This document shows positions 52,094 through 62,368 of a stretch of DNA of 64,000 bases, piece by piece. This stretch comes from a virus: positions 1 through 64,000 of IMG/VR virus record IMGVR_UViG_3300046008_000291. One strand, given 5' to 3'. Numbering within the stretch: the stretch's first letter is position 1; each line of letters opens with the position of its first letter. Under the pieces are notes generated by a model. That model was not told the DNA's origin. It searched no databases and saw nothing but the letters and a program-made list of their open reading frames with translations. The position numbers were made by a program, and so were the translations under genes.

Positions 52094-53125
52094 TTAATTC
52101 ATGTTGCCCGAGGATTTTCTTGTTGCAGGTGTTATTGCTTTAGCTAATCCCGTTTGTACACTTGATATAGTCGGTACAAATACTGTGCTCTGTGTATTCT
52201 GTCCACGAAGTATATTCATTGCAGTTTGTTTAAGTTCTGCCGAAGCTACATTTTTAATATTAGTATTTTTAAAATTGGATCCTGTGCGTAATGCACCCAA
52301 TGCCGCAGCGCCGAAGTTGCCGCTGCCTAGGTTAGTTAAAACATCACCAATACCTTGCACTAATCCACCCTGTCCAAGTATGCTAGTTGTACCGCCGCCT
52401 AAACTTGACAACGGGCTAGCTGACTTATCGTAATGTACCTGTGCGAACCCCTGCACTTTGCCACTGGCAACTGGGCCCGATTCATAATGAATTGCTTCAT
52501 ATGCTACAGTCATACTATGTTCCATAGGACTATAATCCCCAGCAGTATGTTGCCCATGTGCAAAACTTTGTATTGTTGGATTTATTAAAATATAACTGCT
52601 AAATGATTTCTGATGTAGACTATAAATTCGAATAGCTGTGATATAATTAGGTGCACCTGTGCCATTAGCCACTGGGCTAAATCCCCAATTTTGTGAAGTA
52701 CGTTTTTTATATTTAGATTCTTGTTTATATACCTGTTCTTGTTGTTCCCAGTCTCTATAATAATACTGGTAGTATCCCTGCCAAAAGTCACGGACTACAT
52801 TAGAACTATCATCATGAAATGTAAAGCTAATCGGGTCATAGTTAATTCGTTCTTGATGAATAATTTTTCTATTGTAGGCATTTAATACTTTATTTTGTAC
52901 AGTAAATTTAGGTAACGTAACTGTTTTTGCCATTATGCCAATTTCAGTATTATCACCAGGTTTAATATTTGGATTAATATCAATAAACACATGGAACATT
53001 GTTCCAATTTTAGGACTAAGTCTATATAATCCATCAACAAAAGTTTTAGAGGCATGTTGCCAGTCTTTTATTTCATCGCCTGTGCTTATTTGTGTTAATA
53101 ATTGGTTAAAGAATCCGGCTGCCAT
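52094..53125 (-). CDS. Tail tube-like / baseplate-tube junction protein (gp19/gp54 family)
   Basis: VTLPKF...YNRK...YDPISFTFHDD. Confidence 0.7.
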   Translation of the reverse strand: MAAGFFNQLLTQISTGDEIKDWQHASKTFVDGLYRLSPKIGTMFHVFIDINPNIKPGDNTEIGIMAKTVTLPKFTVQNKVLNAYNRKIIHQERINYDPISFTFHDDSSNVVRDFWQGYYQYYYRDWEQQEQVYKQESKYKKRTSQNWGFSPVANGTGAPNYITAIRIYSLHQKSFSSYILINPTIQSFAHGQHTAGDYSPMEHSMTVAYEAIHYESGPVASGKVQGFAQVHYDKSASPLSSLGGGTTSILGQGGLVQGIGDVLTNLGSGNFGAAALGALRTGSNFKNTNIKNVASAELKQTAMNILRGQNTQSTVFVPTISSVQTGLAKAITPATRKSSGNMN

Positions 53126-53155
53126 TTGTTCTATCCATTTATATTATTTATCGCC

Positions 53156-53186
53156 AAAAAAAAGCCCGGTAATTAACCGAGCTTTT
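53156..53186 (-). terminator. Intrinsic terminator after tail tube gene
   Basis: AAAAGCTCGGT/ACCGGGCTTTT plus U run. Confidence 0.75.
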
Positions 53187-53207
53187 AAGTTGTTTCATTT
53201 ACGGGTA

Positions 53208-53825
53208 TTAACCAGTAATTGTAGTACCTAATGTTCTTGCAACAACACTACCAACACCTGTACCAACTGGAGTTTGAACAGCATTATCATAACGAATTGT
53301 TAATGCAATTGTCATTGGATCATTTGTACCATAGTTAGAATCACCGTAGTCTGCACTTGACAAGTAGCAACCATACATTTCCCATGATTCAAGGATTGTT
53401 GGCTCACTTGCGCCATTGCCACCATCTAAGGCTTCCCAACGTGTAACGAATTTATAGTCAATACCACTAGAAGCACTAGCTTGTTCCATAAAGTCGAATT
53501 GTTTTTGTAGTTGCTCACCAACACGTTTGCTAACTTCGCCAGATGCATCATCACGTAGGTTGCAGGTAACAGCGTCCCAGGTTGGTTTGCCAGCAAGGTA
53601 AACTTTACTGTTATATACAGGAATTAAGATTTCTTCAAAACTTAATGTTGGACGTTTAAAATCCATAACCTGTTTAGTTAACTCAGTTGATGGTTGACTA
53701 ACACCAAAATTCTCAAATGTTACGCGAAAGCGGAACTTTAATTTAGGCATTAACAAACCTTGCGCACTTGCACTTTGGTTTGTACTTAGCGGTACGGTAA
53801 ACTTGCTTAATGATGATGTTGCCAT
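53208..53825 (-). CDS. Tail tube protein (gp19-like)
   Basis: 205 aa directly after sheath; YLAGKPTW, W.MYGC, LTIRYD. Confidence 0.88.
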   Translation of the reverse strand: MATSSLSKFTVPLSTNQSASAQGLLMPKLKFRFRVTFENFGVSQPSTELTKQVMDFKRPTLSFEEILIPVYNSKVYLAGKPTWDAVTCNLRDDASGEVSKRVGEQLQKQFDFMEQASASSGIDYKFVTRWEALDGGNGASEPTILESWEMYGCYLSSADYGDSNYGTNDPMTIALTIRYDNAVQTPVGTGVGSVVARTLGTTITG

Positions 53826-53909
53826 CTTAGTATTCCTTTTATATATTTAGTTCTTTCTTAGTACATAACTGGGGAAGTCGCCTTCCCCATTATATACATA
53901 CTTTATTAA

Positions 53910-56900
53910 TTATAACCCTGCTGCAATAGCACCTGTATTTTTCAAACGTACTGGAATGTAGATGAATTCAATTGCTTTAACTGGCTCAATTGCAATATCG
54001 ATGTACAATTCGTTACGGTCAATACGATCTGGTGTATTGTTAGTTGTATCGCAAACTACTAAGTAATCGTAGATACCACGTTTAGCAACTACATCATTAA
54101 GTACTGATTCAAATGCTTGTTTAACTTGGTTACGTGTAATTGTATCGTTTGGTTCAAATATGAACGGACGAGCAACTTCATCTAATACTTTACGTAGGTA
54201 ACATACTAAACGAGCAACATTAATGCGATCCATTGCACTTGTTGATGCCGCGCGAGTTTTTTGACCGTAGTTAACTAAACCAACACCTGGTAATACTGTT
54301 AATGGGTTAACTTTTTGTGCATATAATACATCACGTAACCCAGCAGTAACACCAATGCTACGGAATGCATTACCATCAGTTGTATCAACATAACCAATTG
54401 AGCTAACGTTGTCAATTAAACCACGACGTACGCCAGCTGGTGCAAACCATGGATAGCTAACATTATCGCTACGGATCATTGTACGTAACATCATATGACT
54501 TGGAGGAACTACAACACTTTCACCACCTAAATCTGTACCTAGACCGCTTGGGTAGAACACACCTACATATTCACTTGTGCTTACTAATCCGTTTATGCCA
54601 TTATCTGCAGCAAGATTTTGATTGCTTGCCCAGGCTTCAATTTGTGTTGAAGCTGAATTTAATGTAAGTGGACTGTCACCAATAATAAATGCAGTTTGTT
54701 TACGATCGTTATTTAAAGTAATCATGTTAGTGATTAGTTCAGGATAACCAGGAGCGCAAATTAAGTTAAACTGTACTTGTTCTTCACGTAATGCAGTGCT
54801 TGATTCAATTGCAGATTTCATAGCTTCAACAATAACGTTGCGAACTGCTTTATGCCCAAAGTAAGGAACTAAGTTTTGATCAACGCCACTGTTACTTACC
54901 CATGTGCCCACTTCTGCTGGAGGATTAAGATCATCTGCAAAATATGTGCTTTCGAAACGTTTTACACCGTAACCGCTACGACGTGTATTGAATAGCAATG
55001 TACCACGAGGATACAATTGATAGTCAGGGCAATCTGAATCTATATAATCGCTTGATGCTAAATCAACAATGCTCGGAATTGTATCAACGATTGGATCTTC
55101 TGTACCATCAACACCCCAGCGTGCATCTGCAAATAGTATGCCGTCTGCACTAACTTGATCTGTATTATCAATCAATTCCCACACACCAGCTACATCTGTA
55201 TAACGATAAATTACTGGATAGTTTTCTAAGTCGCTAGTATCAATCCATAAATCACCTGGTTGTAATTGGGCACCACTAACCTGTGTAGTTGGTTTACTTG
55301 CTGCTAAGATAGGACCTAGTGGATCTGTTGCTGTTAAATCATAACCACGTGCATCATTTGCTAGATTTTGATAACCTACCCAGCCACTACCGTCGTTAAC
55401 CATAATATCAACTTCGATTGCTGAATTATAATACCATAATGTACCATCAGCTGGATTGCTGTATGGAGCAGTTGTTGAGTATGTATAAGTCAACGGAGTA
55501 AACGGACTAGCCAAGTAAACACTACCTGCTGTTATTGTTTGCATATTGGCAGCAGTTGTTAAACCTGCATCAAGTAATGGAGTACCTGATGTTTGTGTGA
55601 ATTTAATTGTACCGCCAGCAAGATGACTAATGCTAACTGCGCCAGAAGTTTCAATTGCTGCTGCAATATTTGTTAAACCTGCGGCCAATATATCAGCTAC
55701 TAAACTTGTAGCTGTTGTACTGCTTAAATTAATAGTTGCAGATTCTGTTAGAGTTGAACCTGGTACACTAACTTCCATAATAAATGCATCATTTGCATCA
55801 TATGTAAATGAACCGCCAGCAGTTGTACCTGTTATTTTTACAATACCAGTTACATTTTTAACATATGGTTTAAATGTAGCAGTTGTTGCACCTAAAGTGT
55901 CGTATTTAACATACAATGTACCAACACCCAATTGGCCACCGCCGCCAACTAAATCTAAACCATTGATTGCATCAGTATCGCTAGCATACAATGGCGCGGC
56001 TTGTAATTCCCATGATTCTAATAGAGCATTATATTTTTTAATACCCCAGTTTGCTCCGTTACCTGTAGCAGATGTTTTGAACCACACACTGCCGGCTGGA
56101 CGAGGTGTAACATCACTGGTTCTCCACGCAGGAGCATTACGATACGTATCAAATGTGATTGTTGGACCATTTAATGTTACACTTGTAACAGAAACATTGC
56201 TACTAATTATTCCTAAGTTTGCAGCACAATCCGGAGCTGGTACAGAAATTGTAGTACCTTTAGCAATAGTTAATTTACCATCCGCTGTAACTCCGTTACT
56301 TCTAGCTAGACTGTTAGCTCTAATTTCAAGTTGACCAACACTGTTAACTGTTGCAGTAACACCTGGAATAGACGCACCGGCAATATCAGCTGCCGCTTGA
56401 GTAACAGTGGTACTTGTCATAGACACATTAACGCCGTTAATGACCATTTTTTGACTAGTTGTCAATGTTGTTGGGTTAGACACTGTACCCACAACAGTAG
56501 GAATTGCTGTCTTCCATGCATCGCTACCAACTAATACCCAGGTATTATCATAACGTTTAAAATAAACTGGATTAGATGTTGTTGTTGTATTAACCGCATA
56601 GCTACCGATTGTTCCTACTGAAGCTAACGGAACACTGCCACTCAATTGTGCAGTATCAGTAATTACTAATGGATTTTGTAATGTAAATCCTGTGGTGTCT
56701 TCACTCCATTCAGTAATACCCCAGTTAGTACCAGAAGCACTTACATCTAACCAATATGTACCATCCGAAGCAGTGCCTGTTGGGCGGATACTTGTACCAG
56801 CTAACTCAGATAGGTTAACATCAGCACGTTGAACGTATATTTGATTAGACACACCTAATGCACTGTATGCTGCAAGTAAACCATATTCATTTAATTCGTG

Positions 56901-57158
56901 TGCATGAATTGGATTATCGCTAGAATCAACTTGAAAATTAACACTACCAAAGCCTGCGACTAATTCACGTTGACTTGTAAGTTTAATTAATTTACCAGCA
57001 TTTGCTTTTGTTGTGTAAGTAGCAACTGTGCCATCTGGATTTATTTTATCTTGGTCTGTAGCCAATAATACATAAGCAACTGTACCAGTTGCGGTTGGTT
57101 GGTATTGGCTTTCGTCTATAATCGAAACCGATACGCCTGGGGAAATTAATGATGCCAT
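53910..57158 (-). CDS. Tail sheath protein (gp18-like), 1082 aa
   Basis: SPGVSVSIIDES; PWFAPAG..RG; RINVARL; F.FEPND..TR; P.KAIEFI. Confidence 0.95.
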   Translation of the reverse strand: MASLISPGVSVSIIDESQYQPTATGTVAYVLLATDQDKINPDGTVATYTTKANAGKLIKLTSQRELVAGFGSVNFQVDSSDNPIHAHELNEYGLLAAYSALGVSNQIYVQRADVNLSELAGTSIRPTGTASDGTYWLDVSASGTNWGITEWSEDTTGFTLQNPLVITDTAQLSGSVPLASVGTIGSYAVNTTTTSNPVYFKRYDNTWVLVGSDAWKTAIPTVVGTVSNPTTLTTSQKMVINGVNVSMTSTTVTQAAADIAGASIPGVTATVNSVGQLEIRANSLARSNGVTADGKLTIAKGTTISVPAPDCAANLGIISSNVSVTSVTLNGPTITFDTYRNAPAWRTSDVTPRPAGSVWFKTSATGNGANWGIKKYNALLESWELQAAPLYASDTDAINGLDLVGGGGQLGVGTLYVKYDTLGATTATFKPYVKNVTGIVKITGTTAGGSFTYDANDAFIMEVSVPGSTLTESATINLSSTTATSLVADILAAGLTNIAAAIETSGAVSISHLAGGTIKFTQTSGTPLLDAGLTTAANMQTITAGSVYLASPFTPLTYTYSTTAPYSNPADGTLWYYNSAIEVDIMVNDGSGWVGYQNLANDARGYDLTATDPLGPILAASKPTTQVSGAQLQPGDLWIDTSDLENYPVIYRYTDVAGVWELIDNTDQVSADGILFADARWGVDGTEDPIVDTIPSIVDLASSDYIDSDCPDYQLYPRGTLLFNTRRSGYGVKRFESTYFADDLNPPAEVGTWVSNSGVDQNLVPYFGHKAVRNVIVEAMKSAIESSTALREEQVQFNLICAPGYPELITNMITLNNDRKQTAFIIGDSPLTLNSASTQIEAWASNQNLAADNGINGLVSTSEYVGVFYPSGLGTDLGGESVVVPPSHMMLRTMIRSDNVSYPWFAPAGVRRGLIDNVSSIGYVDTTDGNAFRSIGVTAGLRDVLYAQKVNPLTVLPGVGLVNYGQKTRAASTSAMDRINVARLVCYLRKVLDEVARPFIFEPNDTITRNQVKQAFESVLNDVVAKRGIYDYLVVCDTTNNTPDRIDRNELYIDIAIEPVKAIEFIYIPVRLKNTGAIAAGL

Positions 57159-57245
57159 TTTAGTATCCTTATATTATAATACTTTAAAATATTTATCAGT
57201 ATTATCAAAATATAGTCTATTAAGGTGCCTTTGGCAAAGGTTTAC

Positions 57246-57253
57246 TATAAATA
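57246..57253 (+). promoter_or_regulatory. T4-type late promoter TATAAATA
   Basis: Exact consensus 4 nt before ATG 57258. Confidence 0.7.
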
Positions 57254-57257
57254 CTGT

Positions 57258-57608
57258 ATGGAATTTCGCCCCTTATGCCAAAGTTGTACCAGAAACCCCG
57301 CAGCAATTAATTATAAGCGCGATGGAGTAACTCATTTTCGAACAAGATGCAGCGGCTGTATTAGAAAGAACAGAAAGCTAGTACCACAAAAACCGACATG
57401 GATGCTTGCTGGGTATAAGAAAAAGCCACACTGCGAAAAATGTGGCTTTAAGGCCAAGTATAAAGAACAACTCAGCGTATATTATATCGATGGTAATTTA
57501 AAAAATAATTCGCTGTTCAATCTAAGAACAATATGCGCAAATTGTCAAATTACCATTGTTAAAGAAGGCCTAGGTTGGACTCAGGGTGATTTGACTCCGG
57601 ATTTCTGA
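57258..57608 (+). CDS. Zn-binding HNH-like protein, catalytic His apparently lost
   Basis: CxxC pairs; VYYIDGN..NN...NLRTICANC. Confidence 0.7.
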   Translation: MEFRPLCQSCTRNPAAINYKRDGVTHFRTRCSGCIRKNRKLVPQKPTWMLAGYKKKPHCEKCGFKAKYKEQLSVYYIDGNLKNNSLFNLRTICANCQITIVKEGLGWTQGDLTPDF

Positions 57609-58235
57609 TATAATCAATTCTTCGGTGCTAGCATACAATTCATCTATGCTACCATCGTTAGTCACAGTAACATCAAACTTAGTACCAATCCAGGCATATT
57701 CACTTGGGTGGATGCCTAAGCGATCTAACTCACTTTTACCTAATGCCCAGCCAATCTTTTTCATACCAGCATTTACAGTCTTAGCAGCATTGTACCATTC
57801 AGGTTCATTGCCACGTTTAACACGTACTGTTTTGCCACCCAGATTCTTAATCATTTTAATTTCATTGGGAAAGCGACAATCCGAAATCACAATGTCTTCG
57901 TTTGTTTTACGTAGTTTATTTTCTAGACTTGCTATCCATATATCAGTATGGAAACCTTGACGACATACTTCCGTGCCCCAGTTTTGCAGTACCCAACGTG
58001 GAGTTAGTTTTGGCATTTTTAAGCGTTTGGCCCACCATGGATCTACTCGTTCGCGCCAGGCTCTGCCTTCTGCACTGCGTCCTTCTAATAGTTCACGGTC
58101 CCAACCAAATACTGTTGCAACTGCATCTTTGAGTGTGCCAGCAAAGCTCTCACGTTTAAAGCCGTGCTCTGCTACTAGGTAATCTGCGATTGTGTCCTTG
58201 CCTGAACCGATGAAGCCTGTCACTGATATAATCAT
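57570..58235 (-). CDS. Deoxynucleoside monophosphate kinase (T4 gp1-like)
   Basis: GFIGSGKDT, SFAGTLKDA, PRWVLQNWGTE, ISDCRFPNE, HPSE. Confidence 0.93.
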   Translation of the reverse strand: MIISVTGFIGSGKDTIADYLVAEHGFKRESFAGTLKDAVATVFGWDRELLEGRSAEGRAWRERVDPWWAKRLKMPKLTPRWVLQNWGTEVCRQGFHTDIWIASLENKLRKTNEDIVISDCRFPNEIKMIKNLGGKTVRVKRGNEPEWYNAAKTVNAGMKKIGWALGKSELDRLGIHPSEYAWIGTKFDVTVTNDGSIDELYASTEELIISEIRSQITLSPT

Positions 58236-58296
58236 ACTATTCCTTTCTGTATATAGTATATTATACTTTTTTTATTGCCAGGTGTCAATTATTGAT

Positions 58297-59181
58297 TTAA
58301 CCAGTTATCCAAGTTAAAGGGGTGCCGCCGTCGGCATAAGTTGATATTTCAGCATCAAGTTTATCTAGCAATGCCTGTCCTTCTGCTTTAAGTGCTGCAC
58401 CATTTAAACTGCCACCGCCTTGTGGACCAGCAATAGTAGCAAATTTCTCACGTGCTTGACCTATACTCATCATCACCAATGCATAAGCATAGTCTTGTAT
58501 CCACGGATATACCTGCGGATCGTTTAACAACATATTATCAGGTTTAACATTGTATACCCATAACGCAACACTTTCTACCGCAGTAGAGTTTGGTCCTTGC
58601 CAAGGTTGTTTGCGCAATACTGTTAATTTTTTAGTTGCTTTATTGAACGTAAAGTTCATGTAGCCACCAAACATAGTCATTGCTAGCTCTTGGTATTGTG
58701 TAAACAATTCGTAGTTAGCAAGTCCACCTACTCGTCCTGCCACTAACATATAAGTGTTTAAATATCCACTTGCAAATGGTTCAAATTGACTAGCTGTAGT
58801 ACCTGTTACACTACCGATACCACGACGAAATATTTGTCTAACGTCCATAATCTCACGTGGTAATATGTATTCTTGTGTTTCTGGTTGTAAATCTAAGAAC
58901 GCATAGCTTTCTTCTACTGCGTTTGAACTGCGTTGACGATAACGTATAAAGGCCTGCTTAATACCCATGTCGTAATGTTCTTTATCTGCTTCGACATCAA
59001 CAATTTGATCACCTAATCGTAGACGAATGTAATCAATGATATCGTTGCGTTGTTGATTCTCTGGTATCAGCGGAGTTGCATCATAAGCAATATGCCCAGC
59101 ACCTGTACCGGTAACTGGATTGTATAAACTGTCTGTAGTTAGACTGAGATTTGCGGTTAAATTACCTGTTGCTGTTGCCAT
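58297..59181 (-). CDS. Neck/head-tail adaptor (gp13-like)
   Basis: IRLRLG...VE, W..DYA.A......G..REKF...GP.GG.SLNG. Confidence 0.82.
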   Translation of the reverse strand: MATATGNLTANLSLTTDSLYNPVTGTGAGHIAYDATPLIPENQQRNDIIDYIRLRLGDQIVDVEADKEHYDMGIKQAFIRYRQRSSNAVEESYAFLDLQPETQEYILPREIMDVRQIFRRGIGSVTGTTASQFEPFASGYLNTYMLVAGRVGGLANYELFTQYQELAMTMFGGYMNFTFNKATKKLTVLRKQPWQGPNSTAVESVALWVYNVKPDNMLLNDPQVYPWIQDYAYALVMMSIGQAREKFATIAGPQGGGSLNGAALKAEGQALLDKLDAEISTYADGGTPLTWITG

Positions 59182-59233
59182 GTGAAATCATCCTGTTTCG
59201 TATATTTAGCACTAACAGGATGACTTTTAATGT

Positions 59234-60427
59234 TTATGCTACTTTGAGTAAAATAGTATCAAGGTTGATACGTCCATTTAGTTTAATATCAGTTGCTTTG
59301 ATATTGTCTAAGAACTTACGCAATTCAATCTTGCCCGCGGCTAAGAATTCTTTTAGCTGCACCTCTGGCTTACGTAAAGTTTTTTGTACGCTTGTAGACT
59401 CGTTAAAACCTGTTATAGCAGTACCTTTAACACCAAGTGCACCACCCATATCTTCTGCTATGTATTTGCCTAGTTTACGTGTCTTAATATTGTAGACCCA
59501 AAGCTCGGTGGCGCCTATGATGTCAACTGGGTTGATTGATACTAGTTTATTGGTAGTATCGTTTTTAGCATACTTGAGTTTAGCAATAAGTTTTTCTTTT
59601 TGCGGAGGCTTACGCACTGCCGCTTTCTTAGTTGCTTTCTTAACCTGTCCATACTGTGCAATGCCGTCAAACAATCGAGTATAGAAAGCATCATAACGTT
59701 TCCAGTCTGCCGCTTTCATATAGCTGTATGCTTCTTTTAAGTCTTCGTCGCTTGTTGACTTAGCTTCTGTAATTTCAGCATAACGACGTTCAAACACAGC
59801 CTGTATTTTACCTAGCATTGCCTGTGGTACGCCTTTACCACTTAGGTATTCGTATGCTTTAGGTTCTACAGTCTTACCTTCGTACAAACTATCTTCAAGT
59901 TCTTCGAAGTGCAAGATATGAGTTTTCATAATCTCATTCATACGGTCCTGAATAGTAGGCACCTTAACTGCTGGTTTGGTTTTATCTGTTATTTCTTCAA
60001 GTACCTTAACATCGTTATCATCCAATGCTAATGCTTTAGTTACGGCACCAATAATGTATTTGATTTCACGTTCACGCAATGGCATACCCTTACTGTGTGC
60101 TTTAATCAGCGCAGGCGCAGTTAACGGAGTGTAACCGTCTGTGCTTTTAGCAAAACGTGTAATAGTTACAGCATCTAGTTTATGAGCAACGCCTGCTGTC
60201 TGTTTTAACCACTCGACCAAATACTTTTTAAGCTCTTTGCTAGAATAGAAATAGTTGTAATAGCGCAAGCTCTTGCGCATCTCGTGATCAAACTCTTCAT
60301 CTGTAAACTTTAACGCACGTTCGGTATCCCAAACTGGCTCACTACCAACAGCTTTCTCATCTGCAAAAATTGGATCACGTGTTGCTGTCTTAGCTTTTTT
60401 CTTTGCTCCGTCAATTTTAATAGCCAT
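59234..60427 (-). CDS. Conserved hypothetical phage protein
   Basis: 397 aa; C-terminal LWVYN.KTRKL...KTLRKP...GRIN..T.LL pattern seen in T4-like phages. Confidence 0.65.
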   Translation of the reverse strand: MAIKIDGAKKKAKTATRDPIFADEKAVGSEPVWDTERALKFTDEEFDHEMRKSLRYYNYFYSSKELKKYLVEWLKQTAGVAHKLDAVTITRFAKSTDGYTPLTAPALIKAHSKGMPLREREIKYIIGAVTKALALDDNDVKVLEEITDKTKPAVKVPTIQDRMNEIMKTHILHFEELEDSLYEGKTVEPKAYEYLSGKGVPQAMLGKIQAVFERRYAEITEAKSTSDEDLKEAYSYMKAADWKRYDAFYTRLFDGIAQYGQVKKATKKAAVRKPPQKEKLIAKLKYAKNDTTNKLVSINPVDIIGATELWVYNIKTRKLGKYIAEDMGGALGVKGTAITGFNESTSVQKTLRKPEVQLKEFLAAGKIELRKFLDNIKATDIKLNGRINLDTILLKVA

Positions 60428-60490
60428 CTGTTCTTCCTTGTTAATAGTTTATATATAGCATTATACAGCCATTTGTTGTATTTGTCAAGC

Positions 60491-60757
60491 TCATCCTGCC
60501 AGTAGAACTGCAAACGTTATCATACGTTCATAGTTTGCTATCTCTTCATTGACTTTGTCAACTAATTCTTTATGTAGTCTAGTCTGCTTTTGGTGTCTAC
60601 GACAATTGATTTCTTCTTTACTTATATCTTTAACCATTAGTCCAATATTATGACTGATGTTCCACATTTCGTGCGTGTACTTTTTCATTTTATGTAATGG
60701 CGCTTCTAATGCAGTCTGCACTTCTGGCCAATCTAAACTTGATTGTATTTCATTCAT
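60491..60757 (-). CDS. Hypothetical protein
   Basis: 88 aa; TTGACA-17-TATACT-6-ATG. Confidence 0.65.
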   Translation of the reverse strand: MNEIQSSLDWPEVQTALEAPLHKMKKYTHEMWNISHNIGLMVKDISKEEINCRRHQKQTRLHKELVDKVNEEIANYERMITFAVLLAG

Positions 60758-60826
60758 AAAGCAAGTATAGCATCTATTTGCAGCTATGTCAATCTAAGCT
60801 AAATATTAGATATACAGGACTATGTA

Positions 60827-62368
60827 ATGCCAAGATTAAGCATGTACCGCCCAAATAAGGGAAATGATTATAAATTCTTCGACCGCAGAATCAGTGAGAT
60901 GTTTACTGTTGGCGGCGTTGATATTAATATTCACAAGTATCTTGGTCCAATCGAACAAGGCACCAGCATTACTACTTCGGCAGCGCAGGGTTCGCCTGGC
61001 ACCCAATTAGTATTTGCTAATACATCGGCTGTAACCCGTGGTATGTTTGTTGCGGGTACTAATATTCCTGCTGGCGCAACAGTCATTGCAAAGACTAGCA
61101 CAACTATTACATTATCAGCAAGCACCACAGCTATTGTTGGGTCTGGTGCAACCATTGCCGTCTATCCTGATGCAACACAGCCTAGTTATGCTAATGAAAG
61201 TGTGAAAAATATACAAGACCTATTGTTTTTAGAAAATAGAGATCGTAAGTACGACACTAGTGTCTACACTATGCGCAGTGTTTATCGCATGAACGACAAT
61301 GATTTTGACCTAAGTCAGTTTGGTTTGTTCTTAACTGGAGATACTATGTTTATGGTATTTCATTTGAACGATATGGTTGAAACACTAGGTCGTAAGATTA
61401 TGGTAGGCGACGTAATGGAACTACCACATTTAAAAGACTTTTATCCATTAGACGATGATTTACCCAGTGCGCTAAAACGTTATTACGTTGTGCAAGATGC
61501 TACACGTGCGGCAGAAGGATTTAGTCAAACATGGTATCCGCATTTATGGCGTGTTAAAGTTGCTCCGCTGGTCGATAGTCAAGAATACAAAGACATTACA
61601 CAAAACATCAGCAGTGGCGATGATAACAATACACCAATTGGTGATTTATTAAGCACCTACGACAAGTATACTGCGGTTAACGATGCTATTATTGCTCGGG
61701 CAGAAGCCGAAGTGCCACTAAGTGGATATGACACTAGTACCATTTATACCTTGCCAGTTGATACTAATAATTTACCAAATGTAGCTATTACATCTACTGC
61801 TAAAGTACAAGGATACTTAACAAGTACAGGTTTGCCGCCAAACGGATTGGCGGTTAGTGCAGGAATTGCGTTTCCGTCTACTCCAGCCGTTGGCGATTAC
61901 TACCTACGCTTAGATTATGTTCCTAACAGACTATTCCGGTACGATTCTAAACGTTGGATTAAAATTGAGGATTCTGTACGCACTAACCTAACACCGGGAT
62001 TAGATAATACAACTCAACGTAGTGGTTTTGTTAATAATATAAATGCCACATATAGTGGCGGACTTGGTTGGGACGCAATTCGTGTTGCTACCTCTTACAC
62101 TCCGGCGGGCAACGCAAAAACATTATCATTTAATATGTCAACTAAGACAGTTGTAACAAAAATTGCGTATGTTAGCACACATGGCGTAAAAACTACATTA
62201 AATGGCACACATATTACCAATACTGTAGCAAATACTGCTGGAAATGTGTCATTTACCATCACAAATACACTATCTAGTAACGATATGCTAGAATACACAG
62301 TTTACAGTAAAGTAACACCGGAACGTCAGGGTTTATCTGACATACTTTCACCTTTGGCGGATAACTAA
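60827..62368 (+). CDS. Neck protein (gp14-like) with insertions
   Basis: IQDLLFLENRDRKY, LSQFGLF, GDVMELPHL, YPHLWRVK; precedes gp15. Confidence 0.72.
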   Translation: MPRLSMYRPNKGNDYKFFDRRISEMFTVGGVDINIHKYLGPIEQGTSITTSAAQGSPGTQLVFANTSAVTRGMFVAGTNIPAGATVIAKTSTTITLSASTTAIVGSGATIAVYPDATQPSYANESVKNIQDLLFLENRDRKYDTSVYTMRSVYRMNDNDFDLSQFGLFLTGDTMFMVFHLNDMVETLGRKIMVGDVMELPHLKDFYPLDDDLPSALKRYYVVQDATRAAEGFSQTWYPHLWRVKVAPLVDSQEYKDITQNISSGDDNNTPIGDLLSTYDKYTAVNDAIIARAEAEVPLSGYDTSTIYTLPVDTNNLPNVAITSTAKVQGYLTSTGLPPNGLAVSAGIAFPSTPAVGDYYLRLDYVPNRLFRYDSKRWIKIEDSVRTNLTPGLDNTTQRSGFVNNINATYSGGLGWDAIRVATSYTPAGNAKTLSFNMSTKTVVTKIAYVSTHGVKTTLNGTHITNTVANTAGNVSFTITNTLSSNDMLEYTVYSKVTPERQGLSDILSPLADN

